A DNA stretch of 64,000 bases. It comes from a virus. Positions 19,283 to 29,405 of this stretch are shown here, in pieces; positions within the stretch are counted from its first letter, which is position 1, and each line of letters opens with the position of its first letter. The notes under the pieces were generated by a model. That model worked only from the letters and a program-made list of their open reading frames with translations, searched no databases and had not been told where the DNA came from. Made by a program: the position numbers and the translations under genes. The stretch lies in IMG/VR virus record IMGVR_UViG_3300012936_000006, positions 12,767-76,766 of that record. One strand, written 5' to 3'.

Positions 19283-22200
19283 ATGACAGACCGACAGACA
19301 CCGAGCATTCCATTCGTAGGATTGCATGCACACTCAGTGGCAGGATCACCCTTTGATGGTCTCGGGTATCCACCAGAACACATGGAGTTTGCTTATCAGA
19401 ATGGCATGAACGCCTTGGCACTTACCGATCACGGCAATGCTAACGGTTTGTCTTATCAGGTTCTGCACGCTAAGAAGATGCTTGCCGACGGTAAAGACTT
19501 CAAGCCTATCTTTGGCGTTGAGGCTTACTTCGTACCTTCGATTTCAGAGTGGAAAGAAGAATATGACAAGCAGATGGCACAGAAGAAAGGTCGAGGCTCC
19601 AAGAAGAAAGGCGAGAGCCAAGGTACTGTATTTGAGACAGAAGAGCGAAAGAGCAGCGACATTCTTCGTCGTCGCCGTCACTTGATCTTGCTTGCCCAAA
19701 ACCAGCAGGGCTTGAATAATATTTTTAATCTTATCTCCAAGTCGTTCAAGCCAGAAAACTTTTATCGTTTTCCGAGGGTAGACTATGCTATGTTACGTGA
19801 GCACTCCGAAGGCGTGATCGCTGCTTCGGCTTGCCTCGGTGGAGTTTACGCAGGAGACATGTGGGAGAACAAGGATGATGGTCCTGATGCGGTTCTTAGT
19901 GCCATGCGTAAAACCACAGACAATATGTTGTCTATCTTTGGCGACAGGTGGTACCCAGAACTACAGTGGAACAACATTCCAGAACAGCACGAGTTAAACA
20001 AGTATATTATTCAGGTTGCAGAGGAAAAAGGCTTGGAGCTTATCTCCACGGCAGACAGCCATTACCCCAACCCGGATGCGTGGAAGTCGAGGCTTCTATA
20101 TAAGAAGCTAGGCTGGCTTGGCAAGGGTGGCGAGATTGACACTGAGTTGCCAGTTGATGTTGATGAAGTTGGCTACGAGCTTTACCCAAAGAATGGCGAT
20201 CAGATGTGGGAGTCCTACAAGGCTTACTCACAGGGTCACGACTACAACGATGATCTTGTGATGAGTTCGATTACCAACACACACCACATCGCTTTCGATA
20301 GGATTGAGAACTTCTTGCCGGACAACACGGTGCGCTTGCCATCGTTTGTGGTACCAGCAGGGATGACAGACACTGAGGCATTGAAGCGGTTCTGTGCAGA
20401 TAGTTTGCGCTCCCTTGTCAATCGAGATTCACAGGCGTGGTCCGAAGAGAAGAGTCTTAGGTATATTGATCGCCTAAAGTATGAGCTTGAGGTTATTTCA
20501 GAGCGTGGCTTTTGTAAATACTTTTTGACAATGAAAGCTATCTCTGATATGGCGCAAGAGCGACAACTGGTAGGTCCGGGTCGTGGTTCAGCCGCTGGTT
20601 CTCTGGTGTCTTATGTGCTAGGGATCACTCAGGTTGACCCAATCAAGTACGGACTTCAGTTTGAAAGGTTCCTTACCAAGTCGGGCAAGGGTTACCCAGA
20701 TATTGACTATGACGTTGCATCGCCAATGGAGCTTAAAGAAGAGTTGGTTGAACAGTGGGGTGAGAGCACTGTTGTTCCCATCTCTAATTGGAATACGTTG
20801 AAGCTACGTTCTCTAATCAAGGACATTTCAAAGTTTTATAATATTCCTTTTACTGAGGTCAACTCTGTGACCAGCAAGATGATTCACGAGGCAACACCCC
20901 TAGCTAAAAAGAAGCATGGTATCACGGCAGGAGTGTATGATCCGACTTGGGAAGAGGTACTTGAATACAGCAGAAGTTTGAAAACATTTTTGTCCAACTA
21001 TCCGCAGGTCGAGCCTCACGTCAAGCGTCTGGTTGGGCAGGTACGATCTTGCTCTAGACATGCCGGAGGTGTTGTGGTTGCCGAAGATCTAGACAAACAT
21101 ATGCCACTAATCTATAGTGGGGGTGTTCGTCAGACTCCGTGGTCCGAGGGGCAGAATGTTCGTCACCTTGAACCCATGGGTTTTATTAAGTTTGATATTC
21201 TAGGTCTTGCATCTCTGAGGATGATGGAGGGTGCAATCTCTCATATTCTCAAGCGGCATCATGGAGTCGAAGATCCAACTTTTAAAGACGTTCGTGATTA
21301 TTATAATGAGCACCTGCACCCTGACGTAATTAATTTTAGTGACGCCGACGTATACAAAAATATTTTTTGTGATGGTCGGTGGGCTGGAATCTTTCAGTTT
21401 ACTGAGAGCGGTGCTCAGAATTTTTGTAAGAGAGCGCAGCCTGACAACATTATTGACTTAGCAGCTATCACGTCCATCTTTCGTCCGGGTCCGTTGTCTG
21501 CCAAGGTGGACAGAAACTATGTGTCGTCTAAGAGGAATCCTGATGCGGTCGATTACCCATGTCAGGAATTCAAGGACGTTACAGAAGAGACCTATGGCTT
21601 TCTAATCTTTCAAGAACAGATCGCATCTTTGGCACACAAGCTTGGCAAAGACTTGTCACTCGATGAGGGTAACCTACTTCGAAAGCTGTTGACTAAGAAA
21701 GGTACAGGAAAGGGTCACGAGGTCAAGGATGGAATCTATAAAAAGTTTTTGACAGGCTGTGTAGAGAAAGGGCTAGAAGAGTCACAAGCGGTTCGGCTTT
21801 GGGAGACTTTCGAATACTTCTCTGGTTATGGTTTTAACAAGTCTCATGCGGTGTCGTACTCGATCCTGTCTTATCAGTGTGCTTGGCTCCTGAACTATTA
21901 CCCAGCAGAATGGATGGCTGCTTTCTTGGATAAGGAGCCTGAAAGTCGAAAAGAAAAGGCACTGAACATTGCGAAATCTATGGGCTTCAGGATTAAGCCA
22001 CTGGATGTAAATACATCTGGTTCTGTGTGGGAGATTTCTGAAGATGGTCAAGACTTGGTTCAGCCGCTGACTTCTATCAAGGGCTTGGGTGACTCTGCGA
22101 TGCAGCAGATCATGCAGCACCGCCCTTTTAATACTGTCGAAGACTTTCTTTTCAACGAAGAGATTGTCTACTCCAAGCTAAATAAAAAAGCCTTGGATGT

Positions 22201-22723
22201 TCTTGCTCGCAGTCAAGCTTTGAACTGCTTAGTTGATGATAGGTTCACGGGGCTGAAGCATTTTTGGTCGTCAGTAGCCGTCGATAGACCTAAGAGTAAG
22301 AAGAAGTTGCTTGAAAATATCGAGGCATACTCACCAGAAGGAGACTTTACAGATCAGGAGAAGATTGAATATCTTGTTCGCCTGACAGGTTCTTTTCCCA
22401 TGAGTTTGGTTCTGAGCGACGATGTGATGGCTAGCCTTGAGAGGTATTGTGTCCCTCCGCTTGGTGAGTTTGATCCTGAGATTGGGGTAGCTTGGTTTAT
22501 CCCCAGAGAGGTCATTTCTAAAAAGACTAAGAACGGCAAGACATATTGGATTGTTAACACGATTGACATTAGTGGAGGTTCTAATAAAATTAAATGTTGG
22601 GGTGTTAATCCCGATAAAGATCTTCTGCACATTAACAGACCATATATGGCAAAATTAGACTATGACGAGCAGTGGGGATTTAGTGCGAGAGGGATTAAGC
22701 ACAGTTTTAAGCTACTCGCATAA
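19283..22723 (+). CDS. dnaE: DNA polymerase III alpha subunit
   Basis: PHP motifs LHAHS and ALTDHG, GPGRGSAAGSL, PDIDYD, HAGG, KFDILGL, FRPGP, YGFNKSHA. Confidence 0.96.
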   Translation: MTDRQTPSIPFVGLHAHSVAGSPFDGLGYPPEHMEFAYQNGMNALALTDHGNANGLSYQVLHAKKMLADGKDFKPIFGVEAYFVPSISEWKEEYDKQMAQKKGRGSKKKGESQGTVFETEERKSSDILRRRRHLILLAQNQQGLNNIFNLISKSFKPENFYRFPRVDYAMLREHSEGVIAASACLGGVYAGDMWENKDDGPDAVLSAMRKTTDNMLSIFGDRWYPELQWNNIPEQHELNKYIIQVAEEKGLELISTADSHYPNPDAWKSRLLYKKLGWLGKGGEIDTELPVDVDEVGYELYPKNGDQMWESYKAYSQGHDYNDDLVMSSITNTHHIAFDRIENFLPDNTVRLPSFVVPAGMTDTEALKRFCADSLRSLVNRDSQAWSEEKSLRYIDRLKYELEVISERGFCKYFLTMKAISDMAQERQLVGPGRGSAAGSLVSYVLGITQVDPIKYGLQFERFLTKSGKGYPDIDYDVASPMELKEELVEQWGESTVVPISNWNTLKLRSLIKDISKFYNIPFTEVNSVTSKMIHEATPLAKKKHGITAGVYDPTWEEVLEYSRSLKTFLSNYPQVEPHVKRLVGQVRSCSRHAGGVVVAEDLDKHMPLIYSGGVRQTPWSEGQNVRHLEPMGFIKFDILGLASLRMMEGAISHILKRHHGVEDPTFKDVRDYYNEHLHPDVINFSDADVYKNIFCDGRWAGIFQFTESGAQNFCKRAQPDNIIDLAAITSIFRPGPLSAKVDRNYVSSKRNPDAVDYPCQEFKDVTEETYGFLIFQEQIASLAHKLGKDLSLDEGNLLRKLLTKKGTGKGHEVKDGIYKKFLTGCVEKGLEESQAVRLWETFEYFSGYGFNKSHAVSYSILSYQCAWLLNYYPAEWMAAFLDKEPESRKEKALNIAKSMGFRIKPLDVNTSGSVWEISEDGQDLVQPLTSIKGLGDSAMQQIMQHRPFNTVEDFLFNEEIVYSKLNKKALDVLARSQALNCLVDDRFTGLKHFWSSVAVDRPKSKKKLLENIEAYSPEGDFTDQEKIEYLVRLTGSFPMSLVLSDDVMASLERYCVPPLGEFDPEIGVAWFIPREVISKKTKNGKTYWIVNTIDISGGSNKIKCWGVNPDKDLLHINRPYMAKLDYDEQWGFSARGIKHSFKLLA

Positions 22724-22817
22724 TTGCAATTTGTAAAATTTTTTTGCCGGTAAATTTTTGAGATTTTAGCTTTACATACAAAATAGTTTATTGTATACTA
22801 ATAAAAAGGAGAAACTT

Positions 22818-23276
22818 ATGATTATTGAATATTACAGAACTCACCAGCACGTTGTGCCGCCTACACGATCTAATCCGTCGGATGCAGGACTTGATGTTTA
22901 CTATTGCCCAGCCTCTCCAGAGCCATTGGCAATTAAGCCGGGGCAAAACGCTAAGCTGCCAACTGGCTTGAAGTTTGGCATTCCACACGGATATATGATT
23001 CAAGTGATGAACCGTTCATCGGTGGCGTCCAAGAGAAACCTTGTAGTCGGGGCTCATTGTGTTGATAGTGGTTATGACGGTGAGGTGTTTATCGACATGC
23101 ATAACATCGGGACCGAAGAACAGTTTATCGAACCAATGGATAAGATTGCACAGTTGGTGCTAGTGCCGGTTGTCAGCTTTAGAGCCCTAGAAACCTCAGA
23201 CCCGGATCTGTACGGCTGGGAAGCAATTACGATAAGTGAACGGGGGCAAGGCGGTTTCGGATCGACGGGGGTATAG
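22818..23276 (+). CDS. dut: dUTPase (trimeric)
   Basis: DAGLD, NRSS, VDSGYDGE, KIAQL, RGQGGFGSTG. Confidence 0.95.
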   Translation: MIIEYYRTHQHVVPPTRSNPSDAGLDVYYCPASPEPLAIKPGQNAKLPTGLKFGIPHGYMIQVMNRSSVASKRNLVVGAHCVDSGYDGEVFIDMHNIGTEEQFIEPMDKIAQLVLVPVVSFRALETSDPDLYGWEAITISERGQGGFGSTGV

Positions 23277-23277
23277 T

Positions 23278-23544
23278 GTGGGCGGTATAAAAAGAAAGCT
23301 AGAGCGACTAAAAGAAAAAAATGCCGAAAAAGAGATGAAGCAGAAATTGTCGATGTTTGATCGACTACCTGAAGAGTGCTTGAGTTGTGAAAAGGTGTTT
23401 GACAAAAAAGATCGTTCGATGGTAGAATCTTGGCGAGTCGTTGTAAGAGAGAAAGAAAAGAAAGTAAATCTTTATTGCCCAGAATGTTGGGATTTTGCTC
23501 AAAAAATAGTTTTGGAGGCACTTGGAAATGAAAAAGAAGAGTAG
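23278..23544 (+). CDS. Zinc-finger hypothetical protein
   Basis: CLSC...YCPEC. Confidence 0.55.
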   Translation: MGGIKRKLERLKEKNAEKEMKQKLSMFDRLPEECLSCEKVFDKKDRSMVESWRVVVREKEKKVNLYCPECWDFAQKIVLEALGNEKEE

Positions 23545-24049
23545 TATGGATGTTCACTTTAGCTCAAAAACAAACGAGTGGGACACCCCGCAGGCGTTTT
23601 ATGATATTTTGGACAGAATGTTTAATTTTACACTAGATCCGTGTGCCACAGAGCAATCTAAGAAGTGTGAAAAATATTTCACAGTTCAAGATGACGGATT
23701 AAGTAAAAGTTGGGCAAATGAGACTGTCTTCATGAACCCCCCATACGGAAGGCAAATATCAAAGTGGATCAAGAAAGCATACGATGAGAGTGTGAACAAT
23801 TCTGCAACTGTTGTTTGTTTAATTCCATCTAGGACTGACACAAAATACTGGCATGATTATGTTATGAAATCTAGCGAGCTTTACTTTATTAAAGGGCGTT
23901 TGAAGTTTGGAAATTCCCAGTCAAAGCCTAACTCGGCACCATTCCCCTCAGCGGTGGTGGTGTTTAAGCCCCGCCATGGTGAAGTCATGGGTGGTGGCAA
24001 CCCAACCGTTTATGGTATGACAAATGGGGGTGTAAAATGCCAGAACTAA
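23522..24049 (+). CDS. Phage DNA N6-adenine methyltransferase (T1 Dam-type)
   Basis: EWDTPQ, FTLDPCA, DGLxxSW, FMNPPYG, LIPSRTDT, GRLKF, APFPS. Confidence 0.9.
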   Translation: MEMKKKSSMDVHFSSKTNEWDTPQAFYDILDRMFNFTLDPCATEQSKKCEKYFTVQDDGLSKSWANETVFMNPPYGRQISKWIKKAYDESVNNSATVVCLIPSRTDTKYWHDYVMKSSELYFIKGRLKFGNSQSKPNSAPFPSAVVVFKPRHGEVMGGGNPTVYGMTNGGVKCQN

Positions 24050-25047
24050 AAGAAACTTTGACATATCAAGATGTTTTGCTGGTTCCTCAGTATAGTGATA
24101 TTCGTAGTCGCAGCGAGGTAGACATTTCTAACAGCTTGAGCGAGAATATAAAGCTCGATGCTCCAATTATTGCTAGTCCGATGGATACAGTGTCTGAAGA
24201 CGGTATGGCTAATGCTATGTCTAATGCCGGTGGTATGGCTATTGTCCATCGATACAACACTATCGAAGAACAATCTTGGATTGTTAGCAATTCAGATGGT
24301 TTAGTTGGCGCAGCCGTTGGCATGACTGGTGATTATAAAAATAGAACGGCGTCAGCTATCACAGCAGGCGCAAAAGTTATTTGTATTGATGTTGCACACG
24401 GTCATCATATAGCTATGAAGGATGCTTTGCGGTGGATAAAAGATAATTTTAAAAATGTCCATATTATTGCTGGCAATATCGCCACTTTAGATGGTTTTAA
24501 TGCATTGTCAGACTGGGGGGCAGATTCAGTTCGCTGCAACATTGGAGGTGGCAGTATTTGCACCACCCGTATCCAGACTGGTCATGGAGTGCCGGGACTG
24601 CACACTATTTTTGAGTGCTCCAATTCAGTAAACGCAGGCACTGTAAATATTATTGCAGACGGTGGAATTAAAAACTCTGGCGATATTGTGAAGGCTGTTG
24701 CGGCAGGAGCAGACTTTGTAATGCTTGGATCGCTTTTAGCAGGTACGGCAGAATCTCCGGGTCGAGTCTTTGAAAAGGATGGAATAAAATATAAAGCCTA
24801 TAGGGGCATGGCTAGCCGAGAAGCGCAATCTGATTGGCGTGGTCATTGTGGTACCCCTGAAGGTGTTGCGAGCATGGTGCCATATCGAGGCGAGGTTTCA
24901 TCTATTATGAAGCAGTTGTGTGGAGGTATTCGAAGCGGCTTTTCTTATTCAGGTGCAAGAACTATTGCAGAGTTACAATCACGAGCGATATTCACACGTC
25001 AGACGGGTGCGGGACAAGTAGAGTCATCGGCACATATTGGAGTTTGA
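24037..25047 (+). CDS. guaB: IMP dehydrogenase / GMP reductase family (no CBS domain)
   Basis: [28 protein letters not shown] (catalytic Cys), IADGGI, YRGMAS, PEGV. Confidence 0.85.
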   Translation: MPELKETLTYQDVLLVPQYSDIRSRSEVDISNSLSENIKLDAPIIASPMDTVSEDGMANAMSNAGGMAIVHRYNTIEEQSWIVSNSDGLVGAAVGMTGDYKNRTASAITAGAKVICIDVAHGHHIAMKDALRWIKDNFKNVHIIAGNIATLDGFNALSDWGADSVRCNIGGGSICTTRIQTGHGVPGLHTIFECSNSVNAGTVNIIADGGIKNSGDIVKAVAAGADFVMLGSLLAGTAESPGRVFEKDGIKYKAYRGMASREAQSDWRGHCGTPEGVASMVPYRGEVSSIMKQLCGGIRSGFSYSGARTIAELQSRAIFTRQTGAGQVESSAHIGV

Positions 25048-25049
25048 TT

Positions 25050-25376
25050 GTGTCGGAGTATGGAGAGGAAAATAAAAAAATTATATTTTCTGACACTGGG
25101 AAAACACATGCTGAATTTAAAATAAAACTTCAATATGATGGAATTTCTCAGGGAGATTTTTTTAGACAGGTTGTTTCGGCATACTTAGACGAAGATACTG
25201 ATTTTATGAACTTTATGCATTCATTAAAGGATCGGCTAGAGTCTCAGTCTAAACGGCAGAGAGATATTGTGAAGAAAGAAAGAAAATTAGCTAAAAAGAC
25301 TGAAAAAGATTTTACGCTTACAGATAGTGAGGTCGAAAGTATTTTTGACCTATTAGAAAGAGAGACAGGAATATGA
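25050..25376 (+). CDS. Hypothetical protein, possible ribbon-helix-helix
   Basis: KKIIF...HAEFKIKLQYDGISQGDFFRQVV pattern; GTG start inferred. Confidence 0.45.
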   Translation: MSEYGEENKKIIFSDTGKTHAEFKIKLQYDGISQGDFFRQVVSAYLDEDTDFMNFMHSLKDRLESQSKRQRDIVKKERKLAKKTEKDFTLTDSEVESIFDLLERETGI

Positions 25377-25624
25377 GAGAATGTAGTAAGACATGCATGA
25401 AGCTTGACGTATCATGCCCAGTTCAAGATTGTAGAATGTGGATTGATTACGAGCAAGATCTTAATTGTACTTTGATTGCTATTGATAATAATGAAGAGAA
25501 GCCTATGACGCTTCGAGAGGTTGCTCCAAGGATTGGTGTAAGCTTTCCGAGAGTTAAGCAGATTGAGGATGAAATTTTCAAAAAGCTCAAAAAGAAGCTT
25601 CCAGACTACAAAAACAATTTTTAG
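25373..25624 (+). CDS. Cys-rich protein with sigma70 region 4 HTH
   Basis: MTLREVAPRIGVSFPRVKQIE; five N-terminal Cys. Confidence 0.7.
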   Translation: MRECSKTCMKLDVSCPVQDCRMWIDYEQDLNCTLIAIDNNEEKPMTLREVAPRIGVSFPRVKQIEDEIFKKLKKKLPDYKNNF

Positions 25625-25726
25625 TCAAAGCAACACGGACTTTTTGCTTATTAACGACTATTTATACATTGAAAGGCACTTCTGAAACTTGTGCTTTTAT
25701 AAACTAACTTTAGGAGAGAGTAGAAA

Positions 25727-26347
25727 ATGAAAAAAAATGAAAAGGGAACTATCCTTAACGAGACAACTATCCGAAGATTTATGAAGCTGGCAAATATTGC
25801 GCCTCTTGCAGAAAATTACTTGGGGCAGTTTACTGAAGAAGACGAAGAGCCAGAAATGGAGGCGGGAGTCGAGTCCGAGATGGGTGGTGAACCCGATGCA
25901 GCCATGGGAGACATGGGAGACATGGGAGACATGGACGCTGCACCCGCCGAAGGTGGAGCATCAGGCGTCTCACAAGAGGCAGTTGAAGAAATCGTACAAG
26001 CTATCGCCTCAGCAGTAGAAGAGGTTACCGGCACATCTGTTAGTGCTGAGCCAGCAGCCGATGCCGAAGCACCGGTAGATATGGGTGGCGAACCTGAAAT
26101 GGACATGGGCGGTGATGAGCCTGATCCCGCTACCAGATATGAAGCTAAGCAATCTGATGACGAAGAAGAAGTCGAAGAGGGTAAAATGGCTTACAAGCGT
26201 GAAAAAGACGAAGAAGTCGAAGAGGGCAAGAAAGCTTACAAGCGTGAAGAAGACGAAGAAGACGACGAAGATAAGATGAAGAGCGAGCAGCTTATTAATC
26301 GTATCGCTAAAAAGGTTGTCGAACGACTTCAAAGAGAACTGAAGTAA
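25727..26347 (+). CDS. Acidic low-complexity protein, putative head core/scaffold-type
   Basis: LNETTIRRFMKLANI leader, very acidic, internal repeats; preceded by CTATTTA. Confidence 0.5.
   Translation: MKKNEKGTILNETTIRRFMKLANIAPLAENYLGQFTEEDEEPEMEAGVESEMGGEPDAAMGDMGDMGDMDAAPAEGGASGVSQEAVEEIVQAIASAVEEVTGTSVSAEPAADAEAPVDMGGEPEMDMGGDEPDPATRYEAKQSDDEEEVEEGKMAYKREKDEEVEEGKKAYKREEDEEDDEDKMKSEQLINRIAKKVVERLQRELK
26165..26254 (+). repeat. 45-bp tandem duplication (EEVEEGKxAYKRExD x2)
   Basis: Direct inspection. A 9-bp catgggaga x3 repeat also lies at 25903-25929. Confidence 0.85.
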
Positions 26348-26370
26348 TTGCTTTACTCTCTCTGAGTATA

Positions 26371-26415
26371 GGGGCATCGTTTCGATTTTCTATACGGGAC
26401 GGTGCCTTATTTTTT
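26371..26415 (+). terminator. Intrinsic terminator
   Basis: ggcatcgtttcg/cgggacggtgcc stem (with G-U pairs) followed by TTATTTTTT. Confidence 0.65.
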
Positions 26416-26429
26416 GAAAGGCGGCAATT

Positions 26430-26921
26430 TTGGAAATATTTTTAGGATTTATTTTTGGCTACGTGGTCGGCAACATCTATTCCAGACTAGTTACCATGAA
26501 GCGAGAGAGGATGGCAGTAACCATGGCTCAAATTCAGGCTTTAAGGTTGTTTTCGCAAAGCGTGCTCCACTATGGGCATCTAAGACAGTGGCATGATAAT
26601 GTCGCAATTGGTCTCGATGACATTAAGACAAGCGCACTTGAAAAAGCTGCTGAATCAGAATCATTATCCCTAAAAGAACTAGATGAACTGTCCCAGTTTT
26701 GGAACAGCAGCTATGAACAGGATCTAAAGTCGCTTTGGAACAACTTTGAGTACGATATGCGGGGGTTTAAAGAAACCTCAGTTTCGTTGATTCGAGAGTC
26801 GTTCACGGGTTATGGCGACCCACCTTATGAAACTTGGCAGCAGGCTATGCATTGGCTGGCAATGTTTGAGATGAAACTAAAACAGCAACAGAAATTGGAG
26901 GATGTAAAAGATGCAGAATGA
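26430..26921 (+). CDS. Hypothetical membrane-anchored protein
   Basis: N-terminal hydrophobic helix. Confidence 0.5.
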   Translation: MEIFLGFIFGYVVGNIYSRLVTMKRERMAVTMAQIQALRLFSQSVLHYGHLRQWHDNVAIGLDDIKTSALEKAAESESLSLKELDELSQFWNSSYEQDLKSLWNNFEYDMRGFKETSVSLIRESFTGYGDPPYETWQQAMHWLAMFEMKLKQQQKLEDVKDAE

Positions 26922-28272
26922 TGTTTTAATGCTTGAAGAGTTGAGAAAACTCGTCAGAAGTGAAATGGAGGCTGCGGAAAGACTGCGCCCTAGTTTCTTG
27001 CTAGAGAGCCCCGAGGCACTCGACGAAATCGGTGCAAAGAAAAATAAATATGCCATGAAAGCGGTGTTTCTTTTCGGTCCAGCAGGTGCAGGTAAGGGTT
27101 TTATTTCAAATGACTTTTTGGGGATTCCGACTCAAGAAAAGGGGGTCAAGAACGGTTTTTATACTTACAACCCAGACAACTTCATCGAAGATATTTTCCC
27201 AGCGTTTGGAATTCCACTGAAATTTGCTAATGCGGCAGAGGGTGATGATGCCTCTCTAGAAGATTTTCAGCAAAAGGTTCGTGAGCAAATTCAACAGTGG
27301 GCAAAGAACGAAGGTGTAATGAAGCTGATGGGAGCACAGCCGATTCTTTTTGACACTACTGGTGAAAAAGTAAAAAAGATGGTCGGGAGAATTAAAAAAC
27401 TTACCAAGATGGGATACAAAGTAGGGGTTGCCCAGATCTATGTACCTAGAGAGATTTCAGTCTCTAGAGATCAAGGTCGAGAAAGGACAGTCGGCGCAAG
27501 TCGCACAGCAGACATTAACGACAAATATCGTGATCAGGTGGTAAAAGCCAGAGGGTACTTTGAGTCACTGGGTGGTCTTGATGGTGTAGAAATTTTTGGC
27601 TCAGGTGTTTATCCCAACTTGTTTGAACTAGATCCAGAGTCAGGAACCGTTGGTCAGCCTCTCCCCGGCGTTACACAGGACATGTTAGATTCACTTGATA
27701 TAGATCAGCAAAAGGCTCAGGCACTTTTGGATGAAATGAAAACTGATGCCGAGGCGTTTCTTAATTCACCCAGAACAAAAACAGGCGAGATGCTATATCA
27801 GGCACAGCGAAGAATGATTAAGCTGACAGGTAGCAAGGGCGGTCGTCACTTTGGTAGCCACAGTTTGGCAGATTTGGAAATGATTTATGCAGAAGCTTTT
27901 CAAGAAGAGTTCCCAGAAGCAGCTAGTGATCCACTAATTAATCAGGCAGCTAAATATTTAGCATCTCTTGGTGGCGTGGAGAATGCGGCATCAACTAGTG
28001 GTGCTCTCCCCGGCGACAAGCCCGAGCTTGATGGCACCCTGCGCTCACAAGATTCTAAACATATGATTGATACAGACAAGACAAACCCTATCAAGGTTGG
28101 TCAAGAGTTTCCTAAGAATGTAAAAAAGGGCGAATTTGGTCCCAATCCCCGTCAGGGACGAAACCCTGATAGCAAGGGTCGTGCCAAGGTCAGGGTCAGA
28201 GAGAGCTTCGAGGACAGCATCCGAGAGATTGTTAGAGAATCTGTCTTGAGAATAAAAAAGAATAATCTGTGA
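26911..28272 (+). CDS. Zeta-toxin-like P-loop kinase
   Basis: KAVFLFGPAGAGKG, YNPD, LFDTTG, SVSRDQGRERTV. Confidence 0.6.
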   Translation: MQNDVLMLEELRKLVRSEMEAAERLRPSFLLESPEALDEIGAKKNKYAMKAVFLFGPAGAGKGFISNDFLGIPTQEKGVKNGFYTYNPDNFIEDIFPAFGIPLKFANAAEGDDASLEDFQQKVREQIQQWAKNEGVMKLMGAQPILFDTTGEKVKKMVGRIKKLTKMGYKVGVAQIYVPREISVSRDQGRERTVGASRTADINDKYRDQVVKARGYFESLGGLDGVEIFGSGVYPNLFELDPESGTVGQPLPGVTQDMLDSLDIDQQKAQALLDEMKTDAEAFLNSPRTKTGEMLYQAQRRMIKLTGSKGGRHFGSHSLADLEMIYAEAFQEEFPEAASDPLINQAAKYLASLGGVENAASTSGALPGDKPELDGTLRSQDSKHMIDTDKTNPIKVGQEFPKNVKKGEFGPNPRQGRNPDSKGRAKVRVRESFEDSIREIVRESVLRIKKNNL

Positions 28273-28643
28273 GCTTCGCCATGAACGAAGATACTGAATA
28301 CATCATTAAAAGGGTGTTCGATAGCCTCGTAGAGAGATTCTTAGAACAAGAAGAGAATGTCGTTATTGTAGATCGCTTGTTTATGGCGAAGTCTATCGTG
28401 CGAGATGTTGTCGAAAAGAAATTTAGTGGCGAGTATACTTCAGAAGCAGCCGCAAGAATATTAAAAATAGTTGAAAAATATTTAAGTGGAGATATTGATT
28501 TAATTCGTGAAGATGGCGAGATTAAAGTCAAATTGAACACTAATTATGATGAGGAGAGGCAAAAAGCCTTAGACTCGTTAAGGAAAGCTTACAGTAAAAT
28601 GCTTGGGGAAATGATGCCACCGAGCGATAAAAACAATGAATGA
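28269..28643 (+). CDS. Hypothetical protein
   Basis: 124-aa coupled ORF. Confidence 0.5.
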   Translation: MSFAMNEDTEYIIKRVFDSLVERFLEQEENVVIVDRLFMAKSIVRDVVEKKFSGEYTSEAAARILKIVEKYLSGDIDLIREDGEIKVKLNTNYDEERQKALDSLRKAYSKMLGEMMPPSDKNNE

Positions 28644-28652
28644 GGTGTAAAA

Positions 28653-29390
28653 TTGGTTTTTGTAATTAATAGCGGCGATGAAGAGAAGAGTGAGTTGATT
28701 CCCGAGACTGGGGAAGAAAAGGAACCTGAAGGGGAAGAGCTGCCGCTCTCCGAAGAAGAGCTTGATAAGGTTCCACAAGTAATAGTGCTGTCGCCGCCAT
28801 CATCGAGTGGTAGTGACGAAGACAAACCAAAAGTTAGAGCAATTGGGTTGATTGGCAATGTTGACGAAGATAGAGCTTCGGAGGTCATTTATGGCATGAT
28901 GATCATGAAAAAGACCGCACAGAAGAAAGTTTTAGTTGACGAAGAAGATCCGTCTAAAGGTACCGAACTCACCTGCCAGCCTTTTGAACTGATTATTTCG
29001 ACCTTTGGTGGCAGTGCGTTTGAAATGCTTGGCATCTACGACATGATGAAGCAGGTTCGAGAAGACTGTGATATTAAAACATTGGGTATCGGCAAGGTGA
29101 TGAGTGCCGGAGTTTTGCTTCTAGCTGCCGGAACAAAAGGTCAACGCAGAATCGGTGCAAACTGTCGAGTAATGATTCATAGTGTTATCGGTGGTTCTCA
29201 TGGTGCAATTCACGATCTTGAAAATGAAATGGAAGAAATTAAGTGGATGCAGGAAAGGTACATTAAGATTTTAGCGCAAGAAACTAAAATGACCGAAAGA
29301 TATATCAAGGGTCTTTTGAAGAAAAAGATTAATGTTTATCTTGATGCAGAAAAGGCGGTCGAGTTAGGTATTGCTGATATTATTGTTTAA
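28653..29390 (+). CDS. clpP: ClpP-family protease
   Basis: ISTFGGS, GKVMSAG (catalytic Ser), GTKGQRR, VMIH, YLDAEKAVELGIAD. Confidence 0.88.
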   Translation: MVFVINSGDEEKSELIPETGEEKEPEGEELPLSEEELDKVPQVIVLSPPSSSGSDEDKPKVRAIGLIGNVDEDRASEVIYGMMIMKKTAQKKVLVDEEDPSKGTELTCQPFELIISTFGGSAFEMLGIYDMMKQVREDCDIKTLGIGKVMSAGVLLLAAGTKGQRRIGANCRVMIHSVIGGSHGAIHDLENEMEEIKWMQERYIKILAQETKMTERYIKGLLKKKINVYLDAEKAVELGIADIIV

Positions 29391-29405
29391 GTTTGGAGAG
29401 AGAAG

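Noticed and set aside
12466-22723. Inteins or introns in helicase, RNR or DnaE
   Set aside because: Protein lengths are normal, motifs are contiguous, and no splice or LAGLIDADG motifs were seen.
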